The notes under the pieces are model-generated. The model searched no databases and was not told the DNA's origin. It was given only the letters and a program-made list of their open reading frames with translations. Made by a program: the position numbers and the translations under genes. DNA of 64,000 bases from a virus: positions 3,761-67,760 of IMG/VR virus record IMGVR_UViG_3300029994_000005; one strand, 5' to 3'. The stretch's first letter is position 1, and the number at the start of each line of letters is the position of its first letter. Of the stretch, positions 55,147 through 63,722 are shown in pieces.

Positions 55147-55186
55147 TGAATGCCTCCTGTTGAAGGCATTCTACAATCAGATTATT

Positions 55187-56377
55187 CTATGTCTCTTCTG
55201 GTTCTATTTTAGGTGCTTCTTGAGGCTTAACTGGGTTTGCGTAATCATACATTCCAGGCTTAACAGTAAAATGCATGTGATCAGGTGCTGCGTGGTGCGA
55301 AGCCAGTTCGCGCATTTGTTTATTTGAGCCTGAATTATTACTCTGACCTGGGAGTCTAGATCCTATAGTCTGAATGTGAGATACTGGAACCCATGCAGAG
55401 TGAAGATCGCCGTACGTCTTAGCTGCATCCTCGTTAGTCCACCAGCCTTCGCCTTTGTGACCTACTTTTCCATCTTTAACTTCAAAGAGAGAATCTTTCC
55501 AGTCAGGACCGTAGTTTTCTTCAGAGGCCGCTTCATCATAGTTCATGCCGCGATGAAGCTTCAAATGAAGCTCTGGCTTACCAGTAGCAGAGTTGGTGCG
55601 TGTCTGAAAATGGCTCTTAGCGTCTGGTTGGCCATTAAAATATTTAACTGCCGCTAACTGTGTTCGCTTTTCCTCTGATGGATCATTAGTACGAGGATTA
55701 TGCTCTAATGTACTAGCACTTCTAGGAAAAAAGTCATCTTCATTCTTGATTGGGTTTACAGGCTTGGGGGCAAGGCGACGCATAGCACCTTTTTCCAAGC
55801 CATCAGACTTTGGGTCTTCACTCTCCTGGTCGCGATCAAACAGCTCAATAAAGTCAGAGAGACCTTGAGGAGATAGGGACTTGATGAGGTCAGAGAGCTG
55901 AGCGTCATCTTGGAACTTCGCCTTCATCAGAGTGTAGAGTTCATCTACAGTGATGTCGTTCTTCTTGAGGCGTTTCTTCCAGGCGCGAAGCTTCTTAGGG
56001 TCAACATGATGACGACCACGGTTAAGCTTCTCAGGGACTGCACGGGTGTTAGATGCTGCGTAGCCCTTGCTGTTATCTTTACGATCTGGAGAGAGTTTCT
56101 CGCCGGTCTTCTTCTCAGCAGTTTGAATCTGCTTCACGATGCTCTTACGTGAACCAAGTCCTGATGACTTCTTAGAAGCCGTACCGTTCTTGCCCTTTTG
56201 GCGGCGAAGAGCGTCATCAGCTTTAGTCTGAGCACGTTGTGAAGAACCTGGCTTCTTCTTAGCAGCGGCAAGTTTCTTTAAGCAAGCTGAGCAGCGGCCA
56301 CTAGGGTTTCCCTTAGAGGCAGAGGCGCCACCACAGCGAGGACATTTCTTTTCGAGAACTTCAGTGAATTCACTCAT
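55187..56377 (-). CDS. Basic protein with an N-terminal Zn ribbon
   Basis: 396 aa with CPRCGG...CSACLKK. Confidence 0.5.
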   Translation of the reverse strand: MSEFTEVLEKKCPRCGGASASKGNPSGRCSACLKKLAAAKKKPGSSQRAQTKADDALRRQKGKNGTASKKSSGLGSRKSIVKQIQTAEKKTGEKLSPDRKDNSKGYAASNTRAVPEKLNRGRHHVDPKKLRAWKKRLKKNDITVDELYTLMKAKFQDDAQLSDLIKSLSPQGLSDFIELFDRDQESEDPKSDGLEKGAMRRLAPKPVNPIKNEDDFFPRSASTLEHNPRTNDPSEEKRTQLAAVKYFNGQPDAKSHFQTRTNSATGKPELHLKLHRGMNYDEAASEENYGPDWKDSLFEVKDGKVGHKGEGWWTNEDAAKTYGDLHSAWVPVSHIQTIGSRLPGQSNNSGSNKQMRELASHHAAPDHMHFTVKPGMYDYANPVKPQEAPKIEPEET

Positions 56378-56381
56378 GATA

Positions 56382-56855
56382 CTATTCTACCGCACTATGC
56401 TTCTCAACATATTCGGCTAGGCGTCTAATAACTTCAGGATCACTTCTAAGATAACCTTCTGCCCTATTACACGCATCACACAGTAAGCCTCTAATTTTAT
56501 TAGTCTTATGGCAATGGTCAACGGCTAATTGTTTAACGGTTCCATTTTTATGAGTAGAAGTCTCTGGTCTTAAACACACAGCGCATACATAATTTTGCTT
56601 TATTAGCATTTCATTATATTGAGATAAAGAGATCCCATACAATCTCTTGAATCGAGCGTTATCTCCTTTTCTCGGATTCTGCTTATATAACTCTTTTGCT
56701 CTTACAGAATAATAGTCTTTATAGTTTTTTCTCACTCTAGCTGCAACACAGATTTTACATGAAGATTGCAGCAAATTTGAATTCTTACCTCTTTTAGAGA
56801 ATTCGTTGTTTGGTTTGCTTAACTTGCATTTATTACAAATTTTATGGCCAAGCAT
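56382..56855 (-). CDS. Endonuclease-VII-like HNH endonuclease
   Basis: Core motif AVDHCHKTNKIRGLLCDACN, with an N-terminal CNKC...CKIC Zn ribbon. Confidence 0.75.
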   Translation of the reverse strand: MLGHKICNKCKLSKPNNEFSKRGKNSNLLQSSCKICVAARVRKNYKDYYSVRAKELYKQNPRKGDNARFKRLYGISLSQYNEMLIKQNYVCAVCLRPETSTHKNGTVKQLAVDHCHKTNKIRGLLCDACNRAEGYLRSDPEVIRRLAEYVEKHSAVE

Positions 56856-57549
56856 AAATAACTTCTTTTGTATCTAAATTGACAGCACAAAGTGGCGCCT
56901 TAGGTGAGCATCCGCATCCTGAGTCCAAATAGTAATGATGATCGTAGAATCTAGGTGCCATAATGCCTTTACGTAGTTGGTGTATGTGTCCTGATACACC
57001 TATGATTCCGTTGCCATGGTTGCGTGCAACACCTTTTTCATCTGAGTGATAGGTCCACATAAGTTCATCTGGGCTAAATTCTGGCTGACCTCTATCTAAG
57101 ATGTTGCGAGCCCACTCAGCTGGTGCTGGTGCATGACTTATAAAGTAGTTTCGCTCTTCATGTTTTAGTGGGAGCTTAGAGAGCCACACTACATGGTCGT
57201 TGATCATGTCGCTGTAGCCCATGTACTGATAAGACTCGATAGTCTGAATCCCACCATTCCTAAACCACAGGTCAGTATCGCTAGCATTCTTACCTCTAGC
57301 ATAGTACATGATGGCGATCCACTCGTGGTTGCCCGCCAAGCAGATAACGTTGTTTGGATGTGTCTCTTGTAAGTCTTTAAGGAAAGCTACAACTCCATAA
57401 GACTCAGGTCCTCGGTCAACATAGTCACCAGTGAAGATGACCTTATCCGATGTGAGGTCTAATGCGTGGTTAGTAAGAAGATCGTTCCAGAGTTTCTTCA
57501 GGAGATCTAGGCGTCCATGGATGTCTGCAATAGCGAATAGTCTATTCAT
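56842..57549 (-). CDS. Calcineurin-like metallophosphoesterase (Ser/Thr protein phosphatase or ApaH-like)
   Basis: Motifs AIADIHG, GDYVDRG and GNHE. Confidence 0.75.
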   Translation of the reverse strand: MNRLFAIADIHGRLDLLKKLWNDLLTNHALDLTSDKVIFTGDYVDRGPESYGVVAFLKDLQETHPNNVICLAGNHEWIAIMYYARGKNASDTDLWFRNGGIQTIESYQYMGYSDMINDHVVWLSKLPLKHEERNYFISHAPAPAEWARNILDRGQPEFSPDELMWTYHSDEKGVARNHGNGIIGVSGHIHQLRKGIMAPRFYDHHYYLDSGCGCSPKAPLCAVNLDTKEVIYAWP

Positions 57550-58024
57550 CTTTCTTTGGACCTTTCAAAACTTGTTTGATGAGGTCTTTATACATCTTAG
57601 GTGTGCGAGTTGGTGGAGCTTCAAAGTCAGGCAAAGTGGATCCACCGAGAAGCTGCTTCTCAACGATCATCTCTACGATCTTGTCTGTGTCCATGAACGA
57701 GGAGTTCTCAGGGAATGTGGCTTCAGCGATACCTGAGATAGAGGGCGCAGTAACATACTGACGTGTCTGTGGATTCCAGGTGTGCTGAGTCTTCTGACCC
57801 TTCACTAGGATCTTAACGGGAATAGCTGTACCTGGGTAAAGAAACTTAATCTCTTTCCGCATGCTCTGCCCAATCATATTCTTAGCACCAACTAAGAATA
57901 CTTCCTTACAGAAGTCATAGAAGAAACCGATGATCTCGTCAGTCGGCTGCTTTGTTACCTGTTGTATCAAGTACATCAGGCCGGTGTCCGGTCGGAATGA
58001 CAGTTGTTTCTCGTTGAAATTCAT
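57542..58024 (-). CDS. Hypothetical protein, paralog of 58514..58984
   Basis: Shares the N-terminal motif (M/A)YLIQQVTK....EI.G(F/Y)FY with 58514..58984. Confidence 0.5.
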   Translation of the reverse strand: MNFNEKQLSFRPDTGLMYLIQQVTKQPTDEIIGFFYDFCKEVFLVGAKNMIGQSMRKEIKFLYPGTAIPVKILVKGQKTQHTWNPQTRQYVTAPSISGIAEATFPENSSFMDTDKIVEMIVEKQLLGGSTLPDFEAPPTRTPKMYKDLIKQVLKGPKKDE

Positions 58025-58259
58025 CTACGCGCTCGCTTGTCAAATAGGCTTCGGCTAAAGCTTCTTCTAGTTCTTTAATGCGATCTTCATAGACCTTAAC
58101 TTGGTCAATGAGTCCATCGCATTCGTCAGTAAGCTCTTTGTTTTCAGCTTCAAGCTTAGTGACTTGGTCTTCTAGATTTTCTATCTCTGAGGTAAACTCA
58201 TCGGCAGCATCTCTAAGACCTTCTACAAGTTTGCGTAAATCTCGGTCACCGATAGCCAT
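57939..58259 (-). CDS. Coiled-coil hypothetical protein
   Basis: 106 aa with a heptad-rich EIENLEDQVTKLEAENKELTDE. Its 3' end overlaps the downstream paralog start. Confidence 0.45.
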   Translation of the reverse strand: MAIGDRDLRKLVEGLRDAADEFTSEIENLEDQVTKLEAENKELTDECDGLIDQVKVYEDRIKELEEALAEAYLTSERVDEFQRETTVIPTGHRPDVLDTTGNKAAD

Positions 58260-58260
58260 C

Positions 58261-58545
58261 TTAGTTCTCTTTTGTACCAGTTAGAGCTAGTTCAGCGACC
58301 TTCTCTTGAATCAGTGTATCATGAGCTTTCAGTGCAGCGATCAGGACATCTTGCATCTCAACGATGCGGGCGAATATAGTACTCATCTCTCCAGTAGGCT
58401 TGTATGGAGACATAGTAGAGCTACGAGCATAGTGATCTTCTTTAGGCTTCTGCATATAGACATGCATCAGCGCGTGCATGCGCTCCAGCTCGTTGTCAAG
58501 GATTCCATATAGATTAAGTGCTGGACTTTTTGTCTCGCTGCTCAT
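58261..58545 (-). CDS. Hypothetical protein
   Basis: 94-aa ORF. Confidence 0.45.
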   Translation of the reverse strand: MSSETKSPALNLYGILDNELERMHALMHVYMQKPKEDHYARSSTMSPYKPTGEMSTIFARIVEMQDVLIAALKAHDTLIQEKVAELALTGTKEN

Positions 58546-58984
58546 TTTGTGCGATCCTTATCTTACGTAAACATGCCGGGGTTTTTAATTCTGGTTTTTG
58601 AAAGAGAGGCATTTCTTCTTCAATTAACCCAAGACCACTCTCTACTACCTTAGTCATAAGGTCTGTGATGTTTTGGTTCTCTTCAGAGTTAGGGAAGCTA
58701 ACAGCTATTGTCTGCCGCTTTCTCTCGTGTGAGGCACCAGCCGGAATACCACCACAGTAGATTCTCAACCTAAATGAGATTGCAGTATCTTTATAGAACA
58801 GAACTATATCTTTGTTGACGTAGTTAGCTTTAGATTTCTTGTAGACATCATCGATAACAAAAGATGATATGCCGTAGAAGTACCCAAGAATCTCTTGAGT
58901 TGAATCTTTTGTAACCTGTTGAATAAGATATGCTAGACTCTTATTAACTTTGAATTCCTGTATTTTCAGCATATTCACTCCCAA
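58514..58984 (-). CDS. Hypothetical protein, paralog of 57542..58024
   Basis: 156 aa with the same N-terminal motif AYLIQQVTKDSTQEILGYFY. Confidence 0.5.
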   Translation of the reverse strand: MGVNMLKIQEFKVNKSLAYLIQQVTKDSTQEILGYFYGISSFVIDDVYKKSKANYVNKDIVLFYKDTAISFRLRIYCGGIPAGASHERKRQTIAVSFPNSEENQNITDLMTKVVESGLGLIEEEMPLFQKPELKTPACLRKIRIAQNEQRDKKSST

Positions 58985-58994
58985 GATTAGAAAA

Positions 58995-59756
58995 TTATCG
59001 AATCGGTATATTGCGACCCTTTAGTTCTTCTAAACTCCAAACTTCTACATTGATAGAAGGATAGTCTTGCTTAAGTAATTCATACTTAACTTTGGCGTCA
59101 TCTTGCCACCAACCTTTTATCTCAACGTAGTGGTCTCTACTTCTATCATAGAAGTCAATTATATAAGTTCGACCATCAGAAAGATTAAAAGGAACTTGCC
59201 AGTCAAAATCTACCTTATTAGTATTTAAGTAGTTAACTACATTGCGCTCCCATTTTCCTTTACATTTAAGAATATCTAGTGTCTTCCAATGTTCAACTTC
59301 ATAGATATTAGAACAGTTAGTGACCCTTTTTAAGATAAGTTCTGGGTCATGGTTACGAGCTATGATTTTTTCTAAGTTGAGACAACCACAGGATTTAGCA
59401 TTACCTGAAGTAAGTGAACCTGCTCTGATTGTGGTTTCTTTGCCACAGTCACACAAACATCTATAAACAACTCCCCTTTTAGGGAGTTGAATTCGTTCTA
59501 ATGCTAAAAGCCTATTAAGCTTTTGACCAGTGAGATTTTTATTGCGTGTTATACGTATCTTCTCTAAGTTTAGACAACCACAAGATTTGGTATTACCGGT
59601 TACTAGTCCATAACTTCTTACAATAAGAGAATTACCACAATCGCATTTACATTCATAAGCAGTTTTGTCCAAACCACTTTCTTTTCCTGTAAGACGCTTA
59701 ATTGTAAGTAAACGCCCAAATCTTTTACCTGTATGATCTTTAGCTCCATTTTTCAT
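58995..59756 (-). CDS. Putative homing endonuclease with two tandem Zn-binding repeats and a C-terminal PD-(D/E)xK-like nuclease motif
   Basis: The unit ...RLL.I.R...YxCxCDCG......R.G.LTSGN.KSCGCLNLEKI appears twice. The C-terminus has DGRTYIIDFYD...HYVEIKGWW (D...D...ExK pattern). Confidence 0.55.
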   Translation of the reverse strand: MKNGAKDHTGKRFGRLLTIKRLTGKESGLDKTAYECKCDCGNSLIVRSYGLVTGNTKSCGCLNLEKIRITRNKNLTGQKLNRLLALERIQLPKRGVVYRCLCDCGKETTIRAGSLTSGNAKSCGCLNLEKIIARNHDPELILKRVTNCSNIYEVEHWKTLDILKCKGKWERNVVNYLNTNKVDFDWQVPFNLSDGRTYIIDFYDRSRDHYVEIKGWWQDDAKVKYELLKQDYPSINVEVWSLEELKGRNIPIR

Positions 59757-59794
59757 ATAACTATTATACTAGATATGGCGATTAAATTAACAGT

Positions 59795-61186
59795 TTATTT
59801 TCTATGGCTTGTACTACCATCAGGACATTTTACTGTGTCACCCAAATTTTTCATTGGGTGGTCTTCTGTTCCGCCCTTAGAGATAATCCATAGTATTTGA
59901 GGAGGATTTTGACCTGGTCTAAGCCATGACTCCCAGTCAACCTTACTGTAACATCCATCGGTAATAAAAATATTAAGATCACCTTTGCGCTTAAATACAT
60001 CCTCAAGCGACTTAGTGAGATCTGTACCACCAGACTGAATCATAGATTTGTCAATCTTCGTGCCCATCTTGTACTGCTGACGTCCGTAGAGATCAGTGTG
60101 GAAGAACGAGAGGTTACACTTTCGTGCGCCAACCTTCAAGAACTGATCCACGATCTCAAGGAATTCATTCAACTCCTCAGTGCTGATAGAACCAGACGTA
60201 TCGAGGTGAAGCTCAAGCTTAGGCAGATCGCCTACTTTAGTGCCTGGAGCTTTGAAGCCCAGACGCTTGTTCTTGCGCATCCACGTGCCTTTGCGGTTGT
60301 GACCGTTGGCGTGTTTCTTCATCGCCATCAAGATCAACGCTTTGTAGTTCAACTCAGCACGGCGAGTCTTGATGTCCTCAAGAAGATCTTTGACGTGACC
60401 AGGGAGATCGTCGTATGACAGACGAGCTTTAACCATTGCACGTTTTACGAGCTCTTCAGTAGCATCGAGCATCTCTTTTTCGTCGCCAGCGCCATCCCAC
60501 ATGTGTTCGTCGATCGTCTGTGGAAGGTCACCAGTCTCAGCTCCGCCACCAGCATTGCCCTGACCTTCGCCATCGCCATCGCCATCTTCTGGATCTTCAA
60601 AGCGCTTGATCAATTTCTCGTAGTAATGTTCCATGGTCTGAACAGTCTGCCAAGGAGTCTTGGTGCCAGTCTTTTCATCTACGTCATGGTAATGAGCTAC
60701 ATCGATACACTGGCCTGGGCAAAGCTCATTGGGGCAAGGCTGACCGTCTTTAGTACACTGTGGGCAACCAGCAGGAAGATCCTTAATGAATTGATTGATC
60801 GCCATATCAGCTGCGATGTTCATGAGCATGCGCTTACGAGCGCTGATCTTCATGAACGGAACGCGCAATGGATGCTTATGTGTGATGTGAGAAAGTTCAT
60901 GAATAAACACGGCTTTACGCTGAGCTGCGTTCAATTTCTTACAGAAGAAGTACGGATTTACCAACATATCCCAGCGCTTAGCATCTGTATTGAACATGAT
61001 ACCGGCTGTAGGAAGTTGGTGGGAATAGGAGATTGTCAAGCACTGCAGAACCGATCCTAAGAACGGGTGCGTTTTTGAAGTCTCATAGATGGTAGTGGCC
61101 AAGCATTGGGATTTCTCCTCAACTGGCACGAACTCTTTGTCCATCTGCTTTTTAATCTCTTTAGGATCTCTAATTCTTGATGACAT
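59795..61186 (-). CDS. vWA-domain protein with an N-terminal HExxH metallopeptidase-like (DUF2201-type) domain
   Basis: N-terminal FIHELSHITHKH (HExxH). The C-terminal vWA MIDAS motif LHLDTSGSIS...FFHTD. It is adjacent to the MoxR ATPase. Confidence 0.7.
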   Translation of the reverse strand: MSSRIRDPKEIKKQMDKEFVPVEEKSQCLATTIYETSKTHPFLGSVLQCLTISYSHQLPTAGIMFNTDAKRWDMLVNPYFFCKKLNAAQRKAVFIHELSHITHKHPLRVPFMKISARKRMLMNIAADMAINQFIKDLPAGCPQCTKDGQPCPNELCPGQCIDVAHYHDVDEKTGTKTPWQTVQTMEHYYEKLIKRFEDPEDGDGDGEGQGNAGGGAETGDLPQTIDEHMWDGAGDEKEMLDATEELVKRAMVKARLSYDDLPGHVKDLLEDIKTRRAELNYKALILMAMKKHANGHNRKGTWMRKNKRLGFKAPGTKVGDLPKLELHLDTSGSISTEELNEFLEIVDQFLKVGARKCNLSFFHTDLYGRQQYKMGTKIDKSMIQSGGTDLTKSLEDVFKRKGDLNIFITDGCYSKVDWESWLRPGQNPPQILWIISKGGTEDHPMKNLGDTVKCPDGSTSHRK

Positions 61187-61301
61187 ATAATTGTCTCCCT
61201 CGTTACACTACTATTGTATCAGCACGAGTCGCCCCCGGTTAAAGAAAAGGAACCAACCTGGGTGCTAGGGAGGAGTCACACCCAGGTTGGTATAGTCGCT
61301 A

Positions 61302-62441
61302 TTACTTAGTCTTTTTATCGACGCCAGTAGCACGACTGATTTTGATATTGTCTTTAAGGACTTTAACCAGTTCAGGATGGCGGCCAGTGAACTCTTTGAA
61401 GAAGTTCGTGATCTGACCTTTCGACTGCTTGTAACCACATTGTTTGATGAGGTTTACAGCGTGATCGGCAGGGATGATCTTGGCAACTTCTGCCATTATA
61501 TCCTCGTCGATCTGGTCAGCCTTACAATCTTTCTTCAAACCACCGTAGTATTTCTCGATGGACTCAACAGTTGCAGCGATCATATCGCCTTGGTATGTCT
61601 GTGGATCCGACATAGAGACGAGACGCTTCATTGCTGCAGAACGATCTTTCAACAAATCCTGAGCAGTAACCGGAGCCGAGTCGTAGCAGAACTTGTGGTA
61701 TTCGTTACCGATGTCTTTACCGAGGATCGAGCAGACAGTCAAACGGTGAAGAGCGCGGTTCTGATTGACACCAGCAAGCTCAGCAGCGTTAACTTTCGAC
61801 CAAGTACGTGAAGAGATGTACTTGCCGTCTTTACCGATCTCTTTCGTGGACTTGTAAGTCCAGATACCAGAAGACACGAACATTTGGACAGAATCATGCC
61901 AGTTGGCAGCGTCCATGAAATCGATGAACGCAACGTGGTCGAATTCAACTTCGAACTCAACGAAACGATCTTTAAGAGCAGCATCCATTGTGTTGACATC
62001 GTACTCAGACGAGTCAGGGTTGATACATGAAGCAATCATCCAACCTGCGGGAACTGTGTAGTTGTGGACTTTGAAATCGGTCAACAGCTGCATTAAACAA
62101 TTCATGACGCCAGTTGTTCCACGATTCGGTTCTTCAAGAAGGATCAAGCCTTCACCTTCAGTTGGCCAGAATTCAGGGAGCAAATGCTTCGTACGAGCAA
62201 GACCGTTCACGTCAACGCCTTCTGAAGGGAACCCGATCAAATCCGGTGCCTCCATGTATGCGATACGAAGATCGATGAATCCGAAGTTCGGATTACGCTT
62301 CTGCTCTTTTTTCACCCATGCTTGGGTGATCTCAGATTTACCGAGACCAGCTTCGCCGGTGAAGATAGGGTTGATTGTTTTGCCCATAAGGCGTGACTTA
62401 TATGCCAGATCCAATACTGCGAAAATGTTACTAGGTTTCAT
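61302..62441 (-). CDS. MoxR-family AAA+ ATPase
   Basis: Walker A FTGEAGLGKSE, Walker B GLILLEEPNRG, and a sensor region ...MIASCINP. Confidence 0.75.
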   Translation of the reverse strand: MKPSNIFAVLDLAYKSRLMGKTINPIFTGEAGLGKSEITQAWVKKEQKRNPNFGFIDLRIAYMEAPDLIGFPSEGVDVNGLARTKHLLPEFWPTEGEGLILLEEPNRGTTGVMNCLMQLLTDFKVHNYTVPAGWMIASCINPDSSEYDVNTMDAALKDRFVEFEVEFDHVAFIDFMDAANWHDSVQMFVSSGIWTYKSTKEIGKDGKYISSRTWSKVNAAELAGVNQNRALHRLTVCSILGKDIGNEYHKFCYDSAPVTAQDLLKDRSAAMKRLVSMSDPQTYQGDMIAATVESIEKYYGGLKKDCKADQIDEDIMAEVAKIIPADHAVNLIKQCGYKQSKGQITNFFKEFTGRHPELVKVLKDNIKISRATGVDKKTK

Positions 62442-62489
62442 CTAATCTCCTCCAAAGAGATGTTTCGTTATTTTAATATAATTTCAGAA

Positions 62490-62897
62490 TTAGTGCACGT
62501 CTCTCGACAGCGGTTCAGGCATTTTTACACAATCCGCTAGCTTAGTCGCAAAAGCATTACTAAGTTGCCAGCGTGCTTGCAAGATCTTGAATGTCGGTGC
62601 ATCATCTTTAGTTGCAGCTTCCATAGCAAGACTCTCAAATGTCTTAGTCACGATCGACATAAGGTTAGCAAACGTAAGCAGGTCAGACTCGCTAATAGCG
62701 ATACTCACCATGCCAGGATCAAGTTGTTGCCGCGGCTTGGGAAGGACTTCCTCAACCTTTGCGGGTGGAACCTCCGCCGCTGGTGGATTCGTCTTCGGTT
62801 TCTTCAAGTTCTTCTTCGTAATCTTCGCCATCAGTTTCCTCTCTAATTTTCGCCAGTATCTTCTCCCGTAAAGCAGGAGGAAGCGCATTGAGATCAA
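62490..62897 (-). CDS. Hypothetical protein with an uncertain start
   Basis: A 135-aa frame whose 5' 146 nt overlap 62752..63132 in another frame. The true start may be the internal Met at 62710. Confidence 0.4.
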   Translation of the reverse strand: MISMRFLLLYGRRYWRKLERKLMAKITKKNLKKPKTNPPAAEVPPAKVEEVLPKPRQQLDPGMVSIAISESDLLTFANLMSIVTKTFESLAMEAATKDDAPTFKILQARWQLSNAFATKLADCVKMPEPLSRDVH

Positions 62898-63132
62898 TGC
62901 TGAACGACGACTTGGCTTTCTTCGTTTTCAGCTTCTTCGTTTCACCGAAGAACAGATCTGCTTCCTCAAGAGTCAGAAATACAGCAGGACCACCATTGGT
63001 TGTCTTACGTGTAACATCTGGTTGCTTCTCTTTAGAGGACGCCGGAACAAACTGGATAGATCCGCCGCGAGCAAGATATTCTGCTACGGTTTCTACCTTC
63101 TTACGAGATTTCACTTTGGTGTTATCCGACAT
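62752..63132 (-). CDS. Hypothetical protein with an acidic C-terminus
   Basis: 126-aa ORF. Confidence 0.45.
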   Translation of the reverse strand: MSDNTKVKSRKKVETVAEYLARGGSIQFVPASSKEKQPDVTRKTTNGGPAVFLTLEEADLFFGETKKLKTKKAKSSFSIDLNALPPALREKILAKIREETDGEDYEEELEETEDESTSGGGSTRKG

Positions 63133-63191
63133 CTAAATCCTCCGTTTACAGGACCATCTAATATCGGATTATACGTACCAAAACTGTAGCT

Positions 63192-63659
63192 CTATTTGAA
63201 CAGTTCGTCGGTACCAGTCGTGGGGAAGATAGCGTTTAGCTTCTTCATGTAGTCGAGGTATTCTTTTTCGTTCTTGCGAGCGATTAAATCTCTTCGCAAG
63301 CGCATGAACATGCGATAGGATCTATTGAAAGACAGGGGAAGATGCTGGTGATATTGTACGACGGCAGACGTATCAGCGTGGCCGGAGTAGCTCATAGTGT
63401 TGATTTCTTTATTATAAATCTGACAGGTTAGCTGTCGCGCAATAGAGTTATAGCTCACTATGATAGTCTTAGTTGAATTAAGCGGATCAGATATGAACTT
63501 ATTCGCTTCGACTTCGACCTTGAATTGCCAGATCACAGTTGGTCCGGGAAATCCGTTACTGCCAGTGCTAGGATCCTCAAGACGAAAGTTCTCTGGAGTA
63601 GTCTTGAGTGACTCGCAGAGTGACTTCAGTGTGATATGGACCAATTCCTCTTTTGTCAT
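63192..63659 (-). CDS. Hypothetical protein
   Basis: 155-aa ORF. Confidence 0.5.
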   Translation of the reverse strand: MTKEELVHITLKSLCESLKTTPENFRLEDPSTGSNGFPGPTVIWQFKVEVEANKFISDPLNSTKTIIVSYNSIARQLTCQIYNKEINTMSYSGHADTSAVVQYHQHLPLSFNRSYRMFMRLRRDLIARKNEKEYLDYMKKLNAIFPTTGTDELFK

Positions 63660-63722
63660 GCAATCCCTTGTCAGGTATAATGTAAATACCTAAGTCTATC
63701 TTATCAGAGGAACTAGTTATTT

